Positions 30,028 through 39,017 of a DNA stretch of 64,000 nt are shown piece after piece. The notes beneath the pieces are model-generated. The model was given only the letters and a program-made list of their open reading frames with translations. It did not search any database and was not told where the DNA came from. The position numbers and the translations under genes were made by a program. The first letter of the stretch is position 1. Each line of letters starts with the position of its first letter. The DNA lies in sequence record SRR20825006_483; one strand, written 5' to 3'.

Positions 30028-31458
30028 GTGCAGGACTACCGTCACACAAAAATCATTGCCACGATCGGCCCGGCAACCGAGTCCCCCGAAAAACTAGCGG
30101 CGTTGATCGAAGCGGGCGTCGATGTCATGCGACTCAATATGGCACACGGAACGCCTGAATGGGTCGGCGAAATCGTCGCACGGATCCGAAAAGTTTCCAA
30201 GGACATCAGTCGTCACGTTGCGGTGATGATGGACGTCAAAGGCCCAGAGATTCGAACCGGTGCGGTGGAGGATGCGATCGAATTGAAAGCCGGCGACGAG
30301 CTGGTCCTGTTCACCGAAGACTGCGCGGATCAATCGGCAGTCGAATCCGACGGAACTCCGCGGGTCAGTGTGAACTATCCGGGGCTGCCCGGTGCGATCG
30401 ACTTGGACAGCACGATTTTGGTCGACAGCGGTTTGTTGCATTGGCATGTGCTGAAGAAAGACGCCACCACCGTTCGCTGCCGCGTGATCACGCCCGGCGT
30501 TCTGGAATCTCGACGTCACATCAACTTGCCTGGCGTCCAAGTCAACTTGCCCGCGATCACGGACAAAGACCGCACCGATTTGGCGGCGGGCGTCAAAGCG
30601 GGCATCGACTTCGTTGCACTCTCGTTTGTTCGCCAAGCGGAAGACGTCAGCACGCTGCGTGCATTCTTAGACGAACATGGCTCACCCGCACGAATCATTT
30701 CAAAGATCGAAGACCAAGCTGGTGTTCGCAACATGAAGGCGATCATCCGGCAATCCGATGCGATCATGGTCGCTCGTGGTGACCTCGGCGTTGAAATTGA
30801 TTACCACCGATTGCCGCTTGTTCAAACCGATTTGATTCGTGCCTGCCAAGAAGATGGCAAGCCCGTCATCATCGCCACGCACCTGCTCGAGTCGATGATT
30901 CAATCACCGGTTCCAACTCGTGCGGAAGTGTCAGACGTCTCCAACGCAATTCGCGAACAGGCCGATGCGGTGATGCTGTCTGGTGAAACGACCACGGGTA
31001 AATACCCGCTAGAGTCCGTTGGTGTGCTGCAAAACATTGTCGCCAGCATCGAGCCAACGGTCAGCCGCCAACTGAACTCAAAGATCGTGCTTCGAGAGCC
31101 CAAATCGATGATGCTGCGATCGGCGTGCACTTTGGCACAGGAGATGGGTGATTCAGGAATCGTGGTCTTCACTCGCAGCGGTTTTCTCGCTTACGTCCTG
31201 GGGGCCCTGAGGCCGCGGGGTGTGCCAATTTTCGCCTTCACCGACGTCGAGCACACGTTCCGCCATTTGATGCTGCCGTGGGGTGTGGAGCCGTTCTTCA
31301 TGGAGTTCTCCGACGATCACGATCAAACGATTACCAACGCATTGGAAGTTCTGAAGGAGAGCGGTTGGTGCAAACCGGGCGTTTGGTTGGGCGTCATCAC
31401 CAACGCTCTGGCCGACGAGAAAATCATCGACACGCTTCAGTTGCGTCAGGTCCAGTAA
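30028..31458 (+). CDS. pyk: Pyruvate kinase
   Basis: TKIIATIGPA, RLNMAHG, KGPEIRTG, SKIE, MVARGDLG, PTRAEVSDV, MLSGET. Confidence 0.96.
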   Translation: MQDYRHTKIIATIGPATESPEKLAALIEAGVDVMRLNMAHGTPEWVGEIVARIRKVSKDISRHVAVMMDVKGPEIRTGAVEDAIELKAGDELVLFTEDCADQSAVESDGTPRVSVNYPGLPGAIDLDSTILVDSGLLHWHVLKKDATTVRCRVITPGVLESRRHINLPGVQVNLPAITDKDRTDLAAGVKAGIDFVALSFVRQAEDVSTLRAFLDEHGSPARIISKIEDQAGVRNMKAIIRQSDAIMVARGDLGVEIDYHRLPLVQTDLIRACQEDGKPVIIATHLLESMIQSPVPTRAEVSDVSNAIREQADAVMLSGETTTGKYPLESVGVLQNIVASIEPTVSRQLNSKIVLREPKSMMLRSACTLAQEMGDSGIVVFTRSGFLAYVLGALRPRGVPIFAFTDVEHTFRHLMLPWGVEPFFMEFSDDHDQTITNALEVLKESGWCKPGVWLGVITNALADEKIIDTLQLRQVQ

Positions 31459-31638
31459 ACCGTCGCTTGGTCTTGAGTTTGAACCTCATGCCGCTTTCGC
31501 ATGACTGGCCGTTTTACGGCTCATGATTCACCGCGATGGTCTTCGATCGCGTGGGCCAAAACCCTGTTCTACGAACGGCTCCGGTTCACAGTTTGGTTCG
31601 TTTTTAAGGCCCTGAATTTAAGGCCGCTTCGCCATCAA

Positions 31639-31655
31639 TTGGCACACTCGTTGCA
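31639..31655 (+). promoter_or_regulatory. Sigma54 (-24/-12) promoter for the hsp20 pair
   Basis: TTGGCACACTCGTTGCA, an exact match to TGGCAC-N5-TTGCA, about 105 bp upstream of the ATG. Confidence 0.8.
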
Positions 31656-31761
31656 TTTTTGAGGTTCTCAAACGACGTCGTCTGTCAGATTGACATTCGC
31701 TGTCGAATGAAACTGAATCAACAAACTTTGCTTGCACATTCGTGTAGACGGAGGATCAAAA

Positions 31762-32187
31762 ATGTTAGCGACTCGTTGGGAACCCTGGAACGAATTGAGC
31801 CAACTTTCGCGTGAGATGGATCGTTTTTTCTCTCGCGGTGGTTCATCCCCCACATCCGTTGCGACCTTTCCCGCGCTGAATGTTTGGGAAGACGAGGGCA
31901 CGGTTTACGTCGAGGCCGAGTTGCCCGGATTCAACTCTGAGCAGCTGGAGATTTACGTCGATGCGAATCAGCTCACTCTCAAAGGCGAGCGATCCGCTCC
32001 GGAAATGGAAGGCGGGACTTGGCATCGTCAGGAGCGTGGTTTCGGAAGCTTCCATCGAACGATGGAGTTGCCTGCTGACGTGGATGCCGACCAAGTCTCG
32101 GCGGAATTTCAGCACGGCATTCTGAAGATCACGTTGCCAAAGAGCGAAACCGCCAAACCACGTCGAATTGAAGTTCGGTCGAACTGA
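31762..32187 (+). CDS. Small heat shock protein (Hsp20/alpha-crystallin)
   Basis: PALNVWE, AELPG, ERGFGSFHRT, GILKITLPK, PRRIEV; Shine-Dalgarno GGAGG. Confidence 0.92.
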   Translation: MLATRWEPWNELSQLSREMDRFFSRGGSSPTSVATFPALNVWEDEGTVYVEAELPGFNSEQLEIYVDANQLTLKGERSAPEMEGGTWHRQERGFGSFHRTMELPADVDADQVSAEFQHGILKITLPKSETAKPRRIEVRSN

Positions 32188-32239
32188 CCGCTTGTTTTCT
32201 TCTTGGCCCACCCCTTTGTCTAATTGATTGGAGAATCTC

Positions 32240-32674
32240 ATGAGCACTGCCATGACGACCCATTCCAATGGGTCAGATAATAAAACGACCACCGTGACCA
32301 GCCCCAATGCTCGTTCGAAGGAACAAACCCAGAATGGCATTCGCGGCAAGATGTTCACGCCGCGATTCGATATCTGGGAAGGCGAGCAAGCGTTGACGCT
32401 GTTAGGCGATTTGCCTGGTGTCGAGCCGGAAAATTTGGACATCCAGTTTGAGAACCGATTGTTGACCGTTCGCGGAAGGGTCACACGTCATGTCGAAGCG
32501 GACCGCTACCTGCAGTCCGAGTACGAAGTCGGTGACTTTCAGCGAAGCTTTACGATCGGTGAAAAGATTGACGCGGCTGGTATCACAGCCGAGTTGAAGG
32601 ACGGAGTGCTGACACTGCATTTGCCCAAATCCGAAGAAGCAAAGCCTCGTCGAATCGAGGTCCAGGTCCGCTGA
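32240..32674 (+). CDS. Small heat shock protein (Hsp20), second copy
   Basis: PRFDIWE, DLPGV, FQRSF, DGVLTLHLPK, PRRIEV. Confidence 0.92.
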   Translation: MSTAMTTHSNGSDNKTTTVTSPNARSKEQTQNGIRGKMFTPRFDIWEGEQALTLLGDLPGVEPENLDIQFENRLLTVRGRVTRHVEADRYLQSEYEVGDFQRSFTIGEKIDAAGITAELKDGVLTLHLPKSEEAKPRRIEVQVR

Positions 32675-32711
32675 GACCGGTGACCATCGATTTGGTGTGG
32701 GTGTCAATGAG

Positions 32712-32747
32712 AAAGACCGTGCGGGGTAACCGCACGGTCTTTTGTTT
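32712..32747. terminator. Intrinsic (probably bidirectional) terminator between hsp20 and the dapA-like gene
   Basis: AAAGACCGTGCGG-GGTAA-CCGCACGGTCTTT followed by TGTTTT. Confidence 0.85.
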
Positions 32748-32774
32748 TGGAATGTTTCTACTTTGGGCCACGAC

Positions 32775-33686
32775 TCAGTCGATCAGCTTCATCGTTCGCA
32801 AAGCTTCTTGAATCTTGGATTTGGTTTCGTCGCAGACGTTGCTGAGCATGGGCTGGATCGGCCCTGTTTCTGCAACGCCGGCGAGAGCGACCGCTTCGTG
32901 CAGAACCCGAATCGGGTGGATTCCATCGCGAAGGTTTTCGAGCGGTTGGAAGTATTGCCGAATCGATTCTGCCATCTCCATATCACCGCCTTGGATGGAA
33001 CCAAGCATGTCCATGCTTTTGCGTGGTGCAACGCAAACACATCCACTGGTGAATCCTGTGATGCCGAAGCCTCGTAAGTGAACGATTGCGGGTTGCTCTC
33101 CGATGCCGCTGACAATCCGCTCCGCAGGAAAGACGTCCAAGACTTCGCGGAGGTAGTCATCTTCCGCGGGGTTGTCACGAACGACCGCGTACTTGATCCA
33201 TGAGATCACACCGTCACTTTCCAGCGACTTCAAATCTTCGGGAGACAACCAACGGTCGTGTTTCAGATAAACGACGATTGGCTTGCCGTATTGTTCGGAC
33301 AACTTACGGATACCGGTTGCGATGCCCGTCGAATCGACGATGTCTCGCGACGGCAACAGCATCGCGGTTCCAAAATCAAACTCTTGAAGGATATTGATTT
33401 GATCCGACGCGATTCCAAAGGATGGGCCAAACGATGGCACCACGGTTGTGTCCGGACCGGCCGAGTCGGAGATCATCCCGAGCAAGTCGTCAAAGTCAGC
33501 CAAGCTGGTGTGGTAGAGCACGGCGTTGCCCCCATACAGCAACGAACGGACGCCGCCGGCTTCTAAGAAGCGGATGATCTTTTCGTTTTCGTCGGCATCG
33601 ATTTGGTAGTCCGCGTCACGAGCCAACGGTGGCACCGCAAAGACGGATTCTGACAACAGGTTGGGATTGAACGGTCCAGTTTTCAT
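32775..33686 (-). CDS. DHDPS/NAL-superfamily aldolase/dehydratase
   Basis: TIM-barrel pattern with VPPL, YGGNA in place of GTTGE, VVYLK, Schiff-base Lys in IKYA, GFTSG. Substrate unknown. Confidence 0.75.
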   Translation of the reverse strand: MKTGPFNPNLLSESVFAVPPLARDADYQIDADENEKIIRFLEAGGVRSLLYGGNAVLYHTSLADFDDLLGMISDSAGPDTTVVPSFGPSFGIASDQINILQEFDFGTAMLLPSRDIVDSTGIATGIRKLSEQYGKPIVVYLKHDRWLSPEDLKSLESDGVISWIKYAVVRDNPAEDDYLREVLDVFPAERIVSGIGEQPAIVHLRGFGITGFTSGCVCVAPRKSMDMLGSIQGGDMEMAESIRQYFQPLENLRDGIHPIRVLHEAVALAGVAETGPIQPMLSNVCDETKSKIQEALRTMKLID

Positions 33687-33965
33687 GGTGGGAACTCAGG
33701 GGGCGGGGAAGTGATCGGTGGGGGCCCGCTGACAGACGACGCAACGGAAGGCAATGAGGTCCGGCGGCGGGCAAAAAAAGAACAGTCAAATCTTGGCTCA
33801 CAAAGTAACTTGTCCTTCACGCGGAAGCGACGGGAGCAGCAATCCGATCAGCGAACGGGACTCTTACGTTTCTGAATGCCTTCTTGCTGCTGTTTCGATG
33901 TTCGGATGCGATGTCGATCGAAAATGATGCCCTGAACGAACGGGAGGCTTGGGTGGATTGTGCGA

Positions 33966-33983
33966 TGTTGCGAAAATGCAACA
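33966..33983. promoter_or_regulatory. Palindromic candidate activator site upstream of the repeat-protein gene
   Basis: TGTTGC-GAAAAT-GCAACA, about 100 bp upstream of candidate sigma54 promoters. Confidence 0.45.
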
Positions 33984-34077
33984 CCTGTGTGTTTGGCGAG
34001 ACGGTCTCGGCAAAATAGCGAAGCTGCCACCCCGGGGAGGTCGCAAAAGTGTCGTTTTTCACGGGTTTTTTCTGCAA

Positions 34078-34133
34078 ATGGCTTAAGTCTTGCCTACTCT
34101 TATTTGTGCGGCTGTTTTGGCCCCAAGGATGCC
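34078..34133 (+). promoter_or_regulatory. Two tandem candidate sigma54 promoters
   Basis: TGGCTTAAGTCTTGCC (GG at 34080-81, GC at 34092-93) and TTGGCCCCAAGGATGCC (GG at 34119-20, GC at 34131-32). Confidence 0.45.
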
Positions 34134-34331
34134 TGCCGCGCCGATGGTTCGCCCTTTCCTTTGGGTGCGTCATTGCAACAATCCGGCTGTGACCCGTGGG
34201 TCTGTACACCTGTCGTCTCGAAGCATTGAGATCTCGGTGTCCCACCCAGGTTTTCCTTTTTGAGACATGCCACCATGACCGTTTCGACTCGTATCGGCCT
34301 TCGCCTCAAAGACCTCTGTTTGAATGAACGC

Positions 34332-36005
34332 ATGAATCACACTGTTCTGTCATCGAAATTTGCCAAGCTCTCGGCACTGAGTTGCTTGCTGGCAGCCGGC
34401 ACCGCATCGGCTCAGGATGCATGCTGCTTCACGCCGCAATATCGCTTGCAGTCCCAAACGATCATGCAGCCCGAATTGGTCGAGCGAACACGATTGACCT
34501 ACGAGACGCAGTACGTCGAAGAAGAGGTCAAAAGCTATCGGCCCGTTCTGAAAACTCGTGTCGAAGAACGTGAGATCACCGTCCCGGAAACGGTGACCGA
34601 AACCTCGTTCCGCGAAGAACGCTACACGATTTATAAACCGGTCACGGAGACTTCGTATCGCGAAGAAACCGTGACACAAACTCGCTACGTCAATGAGACG
34701 GCGGAACGCGAAGAACGTGTCACGACGTACCGTCCCGTGACCGAAACGCAGATGTACCAGCAGCAATACCAAGTGCAGCGTCCGGTCACCGAAACGCAAA
34801 TGGTTCAAAAGCAGTACATGGTTCAACGGCCTGTGACTGAGACCCAATTGCAGACGCAGCAAGTCACTTCCTATCGACCCGTCACCACTGTGCAACAACA
34901 AACGGTCGACGCCGGTGGTTATGTGCCGCAGACGACCGTGACACCAAGCCAACTGCAATACGGTTTGGGTTGGAACCCGCGAGCCTACTATCAACCTGGG
35001 CCGCTCGGATTGCTGGCGTACCCTCGAGGTGCCGCGACCGCGGTCCCCGTGGTCACACCGCCGCAGGTCCAAACGCAAATGGTTTATCGTCCGAACTACG
35101 TCAATCAACAGATTGCTCAGACGCAGTACGTGCCGGAAGTTCAGCAAGTCCAACGTCCGATCCAAGTGACTCGGATGCAGTCGGAAATGGTGACTCAAAA
35201 CGTTCCCGTTACCGTCCAACGGATGCAAACCGAAATGGTCACGCAGAACGTTCCCGTGCAAACGACCAAAATGGTTCCACAAACCACCGTGCGGAAAGTT
35301 CCGTACATCGTTCAGCGTCCCGTGACGGAAACGTCCACTCGCAAAGTGCCGGTGCAAAGCAAACGTTGGGTCGCCGAAGAAGTGGTTCGCAAAGTACCGG
35401 TTCAAACGAATCGCGTCGTCTACAAGACTCGTCGTGAACCGATCACGGTGAAGTACTACGAGCAAGAGGAAGTCGTGCAAGTGGTTCGCCGACCTGTGTC
35501 GGTTCCGCGATACCAAAAGTATCAAGTGCAGCAAATGGTTCCGCGAACCGTGGTTGAACGGGTTCCGTTGTCATACGTCGACCCTTTCAGTCCAGCAATC
35601 ACGAGTGGATATTCATCGTTCCATCCAATCGTTGACTCGGTTCCTTACTCGTCGAGCTATCCCAGTTCGTCAATCATCACCGAGCCTGGTTCGGTGATTA
35701 GCTCGCGACCAGTTTTGGATTCGGAAGAAACGGAACTTGAAGCTCCGTATCAATCGGATGAATCCGAACCAAAGTCGACCATGGGCAAAGTTGAGTTTGG
35801 AGCTCCCGAGCCCGACTCCGAGAGCGATCTGCCTGACAGCTACGATTACCTGTTCGATCCAAAAGATTCGGACGAAGTCGAGCAACCAGAATTGGGTGAC
35901 CGAGAAGCCAATTGGAAACGCCGTGGAACGTACGGCCAACCCGCTAGCATTCGCAACATCTCGCACCGTGTTCGTTGGAACCCGACTTACGCTCGCGAAC
36001 TTTAA
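34332..36005 (+). CDS. Secreted low-complexity V/T/Q/E/R/P-rich protein with 16-residue repeats
   Basis: Signal peptide (..TASAQD), RPVTET repeats followed by VPV repeats, acidic C-terminal tail, own terminator. Confidence 0.85.
   Translation: MNHTVLSSKFAKLSALSCLLAAGTASAQDACCFTPQYRLQSQTIMQPELVERTRLTYETQYVEEEVKSYRPVLKTRVEEREITVPETVTETSFREERYTIYKPVTETSYREETVTQTRYVNETAEREERVTTYRPVTETQMYQQQYQVQRPVTETQMVQKQYMVQRPVTETQLQTQQVTSYRPVTTVQQQTVDAGGYVPQTTVTPSQLQYGLGWNPRAYYQPGPLGLLAYPRGAATAVPVVTPPQVQTQMVYRPNYVNQQIAQTQYVPEVQQVQRPIQVTRMQSEMVTQNVPVTVQRMQTEMVTQNVPVQTTKMVPQTTVRKVPYIVQRPVTETSTRKVPVQSKRWVAEEVVRKVPVQTNRVVYKTRREPITVKYYEQEEVVQVVRRPVSVPRYQKYQVQQMVPRTVVERVPLSYVDPFSPAITSGYSSFHPIVDSVPYSSSYPSSSIITEPGSVISSRPVLDSEETELEAPYQSDESEPKSTMGKVEFGAPEPDSESDLPDSYDYLFDPKDSDEVEQPELGDREANWKRRGTYGQPASIRNISHRVRWNPTYAREL
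34488..35570 (+). repeat. Intragenic degenerate 48-nt (16-aa) tandem repeats in two blocks
   Basis: For example YRPVTETQMYQQQYQV/QRPVTETQMVQKQYMV/QRPVTETQLQTQQVTS and VPVTVQRMQTEMVTQN/VPVQTTKMVPQTTVRK/VPYIVQRPVTETSTRK/VPVQSKRWVAEEVVRK. Confidence 0.8.
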
Positions 36006-36047
36006 GCTCTCATCTGCAAACGGTTCTCGCGAACCTGCCAATGCATC

Positions 36048-36080
36048 AAAAAGGCGAGTCTTTCGGGACTCGCCTTTTTT
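36048..36080. terminator. Bidirectional intrinsic terminator
   Basis: AAAAAGGCGAGTC-TTTCGG-GACTCGCCTTTTTT between convergent genes. Confidence 0.9.
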
Positions 36081-36114
36081 CGTCGCTACAGGTGTCGTGC
36101 TTGCGTCTCGACGC

Positions 36115-36999
36115 TCAACGATTCATTTGTTCGATCGTCAAGTCGTAGATTTCGTCGGCGTCTAAAACTAGAGAGTTCGAGGTGAAGAGTTTGGCGATTG
36201 CGGCTTTGTGAGTCCGCATTTTCAAACCGCCGACACCGATCGGACCATACGCCACGGGACCATCCTCGTCCCCATCATGAAGCAGCTTGGCTTTGTCGAA
36301 CGCTTCGACGCCTCCGAGTCCGGCGGGTGGCACCGCGTTGAGGTCAATGGCAACTCGTAGCTTGGACAAACTGTCGATCAACTCCTTCGAAGCCAACTCC
36401 ACGCCGGCGGCTCCGCTGGCGATAATCACATCGGCTCGTTCCAGCAAAGCTTGGAAGTCATCCGGGGTTTCGGGAGCGGCAGCTTCGAGGTTGCCCGAGC
36501 TGACCTGCTCGCCGATTTCTTTGCAGGCGATCTCGGCACGGTTGAGCGATCGGCTTGTCAGCAACACGTCGGCGTTTTGCCGTGCCAACATTTGTGCGAC
36601 ACGACGGCCAACCGGACCGGTGCCTCCCAGGACCACCGCCGTGCATCCATTTAGAGACACGTGCTTGGAGGCGGAGGCAACCGCAGCGGCGGCGGTCGTG
36701 TTGCATCCCGATGCGTCCAACATCACCGACACACGGACGGGCCCAAAGAATGCCTTTTGGACACTGCGAAAGATCGCTTCGGCTTTCACGACGTCGTTTC
36801 CACCGATGAACAGAGCTGAGTTCTTCAGGTCGTCGCCGCCCCGGGTGAACATGGCTCCGTGGACCAGCGACTCGACCGCTTCGCTCTGTACGTTGCCGTA
36901 CTGAAGCAAGTGATCGACGCCCGCATCCACCGCGACCACCGAATCGAACGAACTGGGATGAGGATCCACGTCCAGTTGAAGAAGGATTTTCTTAGACAT
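36115..36999 (-). CDS. mtdC: Methylene-tetrahydromethanopterin dehydrogenase (Mtd family, planctomycete MtdC type)
   Basis: KILLQLD..PSSFDSVVAVDAG, VHGAMFTRG, FIGG, VSVMLDASGCNTTAAA, GGTGPVG, DLNAVPPAG; adjacent to fae. Confidence 0.85.
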   Translation of the reverse strand: MSKKILLQLDVDPHPSSFDSVVAVDAGVDHLLQYGNVQSEAVESLVHGAMFTRGGDDLKNSALFIGGNDVVKAEAIFRSVQKAFFGPVRVSVMLDASGCNTTAAAAVASASKHVSLNGCTAVVLGGTGPVGRRVAQMLARQNADVLLTSRSLNRAEIACKEIGEQVSSGNLEAAAPETPDDFQALLERADVIIASGAAGVELASKELIDSLSKLRVAIDLNAVPPAGLGGVEAFDKAKLLHDGDEDGPVAYGPIGVGGLKMRTHKAAIAKLFTSNSLVLDADEIYDLTIEQMNR

Positions 37000-37040
37000 C
37001 GTCGCGACCGTTGCTGGTGAGAGGAACTTCTTTGAAGGCA

Positions 37041-37072
37041 AAAGAAAAGCTTCGGGTTCTCACCCGAAGCTT
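37041..37072 (-). terminator. Intrinsic terminator between fae and mtd
   Basis: AAGCTTCGGGT-loop-ACCCGAAGCTT, an 11-bp stem, followed on the minus strand by TTCTTTT. Confidence 0.7.
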
Positions 37073-37104
37073 GTTCGTCGTTTGCTTTGGACAAAAGCTT
37101 TGGC

Positions 37105-37602
37105 TCAGAATCCCTTGAATGGGTGAGCGGCGGTGTCCTTCTTCGCCAACATGTCGTCTGCCGATGGCTTGCCTTGCATAGCCGACTTCAGAGCGTCCTT
37201 GGTGGCTTCGTAGTTGTACTTGTAGATCTTTTCGTCATCTTCGGCCGCTGGGTGAATGAACACGCCGCAGACGCAAACCAGATCTTCGCACTGGTCCTTT
37301 GGAATGATGCCTTCGCTGACGGCATCGGCAACAGCTTGTGCAACGGCGGCTTGAGCAGGTCCGAACATTTGGACGGCTTGCTTCATTCCTTTGATCGTGA
37401 CCTTGGTCACCATCACGGTCGATGGCTTGACGGCAACGTTGGGCTCGAGGACCGCCAAAAGGTTGGTGTGACCTTCGCTTTGGTTGGCCAGAGCGTTGGC
37501 GAACGCCATGCCAACAGGTCCGTCCTTGCTGCCGATCATGAGATCGATGTGAGAAATTTCGTTGCCGTCACCGACGAGGGATTCACCAATGTGGAATTGC
37601 AT
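37105..37602 (-). CDS. fae: Formaldehyde-activating enzyme
   Basis: IGESLVGDGNEISHIDL, AFANALANQ..GH, KPSTVMVTKVTIK, MFGPAQAAVA, NYEATK, HPF. Confidence 0.93.
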   Translation of the reverse strand: MQFHIGESLVGDGNEISHIDLMIGSKDGPVGMAFANALANQSEGHTNLLAVLEPNVAVKPSTVMVTKVTIKGMKQAVQMFGPAQAAVAQAVADAVSEGIIPKDQCEDLVCVCGVFIHPAAEDDEKIYKYNYEATKDALKSAMQGKPSADDMLAKKDTAAHPFKGF

Positions 37603-37682
37603 GACAAGATGCCTTTGGAGAGGGGAAACAAACGCCCAAAGAGTTACCGGTGGGAACACATGGTCCTTACCCCACACGCAGG

Positions 37683-39017
37683 ATGAACACACCAATGGCG
37701 ATGGGTGGGTCGGGCAGGCTCGAAACGGTAACAAACCCCCGCGACGGTGAAAACCGCCCCGCGATTCTGCTGGCGGGGGCGTCTGTCCGCTGGGCTGCGC
37801 AGTCACTGCGTCGTGGCATGCCAAATTCACGGGTCATCGGTCAGGATTGGTTTGGCGATTCTGACACCCGAATGGTTTGCGACCAATTTCATCCTTTTCA
37901 GACTGGCGAAGATTCCCAGGAAAATCTTTCGCAACAGATCCAATCAGTCGCGAATTTGCATGCCGCTCGCACAATTCATGTCGGCGGGCTCCAGGTTTCT
38001 GGCGGGGAAAACCCTCGGCAACGATGGAACCGTTTGCAAGCAATTGTTCGTGAAATCGCCGCCGGATCGGATTGCGGCGAATTCCCCGTCGCGACTCCGA
38101 TCACCTATCAATGCTCCGCTGGTCGATGCAGCCTGGCCGGTGCGAATGATGGTGTCGTTGTCGTCGGCGATCTGATTGCCCAGACGTCGGGGCGACCCAT
38201 TCACTGGCTTTGGAAGGAGACCAACTCCACCGGCGGAATGGGAGTTCGTTCGGTGGCGCCATCCAATATGTCAAATTCGAAGACAAGCGATGGATGGATG
38301 CAACAACGCGTGGCCGGGCGTTCGTACGGGTTGGTGGCAATTGCCAGTGCCGACCAAACACGCATGTTGGGGATCACCGTTGGGCTGCACCAAAGGTTCG
38401 GTGATCGGCCGTTTGTTTATTCCGGCTCTCGCGGTCCGGTGTCACGAATTGGAGGCGCCGATGTCAGTGACGTCCCCTGGCGTCATTTGCAAACACTGAG
38501 TGAACAAGTCGCAAAATCGTTTTCGCTTCGTGGGTTGTTCAACCTCGATTTCATTCGCGACGCATCCGGGCGATGGTGGTTGCTGGAACTGAACGCACGT
38601 CCGAGTGCGTCGTGCGAAGTGATCGAGCGCTGGGCAACGGATGCTGGTTGGTTGGCCCCGGATGATTCGTTGATGCGAATGCACATGGAGGCGATCGATG
38701 GTGGTGACTCAACGAGCCGATTTGATGGGGATTCACAAACAGCGGTTTGGTCTTCGCCAATTGTTCGCACTCAGTGGAACAAGCGAATCGTGTTCGCCAA
38801 TCGAGAAGGTGTCGTCGACGTTGGTAGGATTCGAAGGCGATTGTGTGCCGAATCAATCATCATCGAACTCGCTGACCTTCCTACTGAACGTACCCGAGTT
38901 GCAATCGGTGAGCCGATCATGACGTTGTTGCTTCGAGTTGATGACCGCGCAAAAAAAATGGCCTCGGCGCAACTGCGCCGGGCCATTCGGATTGTTCAGG
39001 GTGAACTACTTCCGTAG
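37683..39017 (+). CDS. ATP-grasp domain protein (H4MPT/methanofuran C1-cluster-associated type)
   Basis: [44 protein letters not shown]; divergent from fae. Confidence 0.7.
   Translation: MNTPMAMGGSGRLETVTNPRDGENRPAILLAGASVRWAAQSLRRGMPNSRVIGQDWFGDSDTRMVCDQFHPFQTGEDSQENLSQQIQSVANLHAARTIHVGGLQVSGGENPRQRWNRLQAIVREIAAGSDCGEFPVATPITYQCSAGRCSLAGANDGVVVVGDLIAQTSGRPIHWLWKETNSTGGMGVRSVAPSNMSNSKTSDGWMQQRVAGRSYGLVAIASADQTRMLGITVGLHQRFGDRPFVYSGSRGPVSRIGGADVSDVPWRHLQTLSEQVAKSFSLRGLFNLDFIRDASGRWWLLELNARPSASCEVIERWATDAGWLAPDDSLMRMHMEAIDGGDSTSRFDGDSQTAVWSSPIVRTQWNKRIVFANREGVVDVGRIRRRLCAESIIIELADLPTERTRVAIGEPIMTLLLRVDDRAKKMASAQLRRAIRIVQGELLP

Noticed and set aside
32775-33686. dapA (lysine biosynthesis) call
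   Set aside because: The GTTGE motif is replaced by GGNA, so only superfamily-level assignment is supportable
34350-35534. 394-aa His/Arg-rich minus-strand ORF with apparent repeats
   Set aside because: Mirror of the repeat protein's codons (GTG/GTT read antisense as CAC/AAC), not an independent gene
34488-35570. Periodic DNA that could be mistaken for a CRISPR or other non-coding array
   Set aside because: Repeats are degenerate at synonymous positions, in frame and without spacers; no cas genes are present
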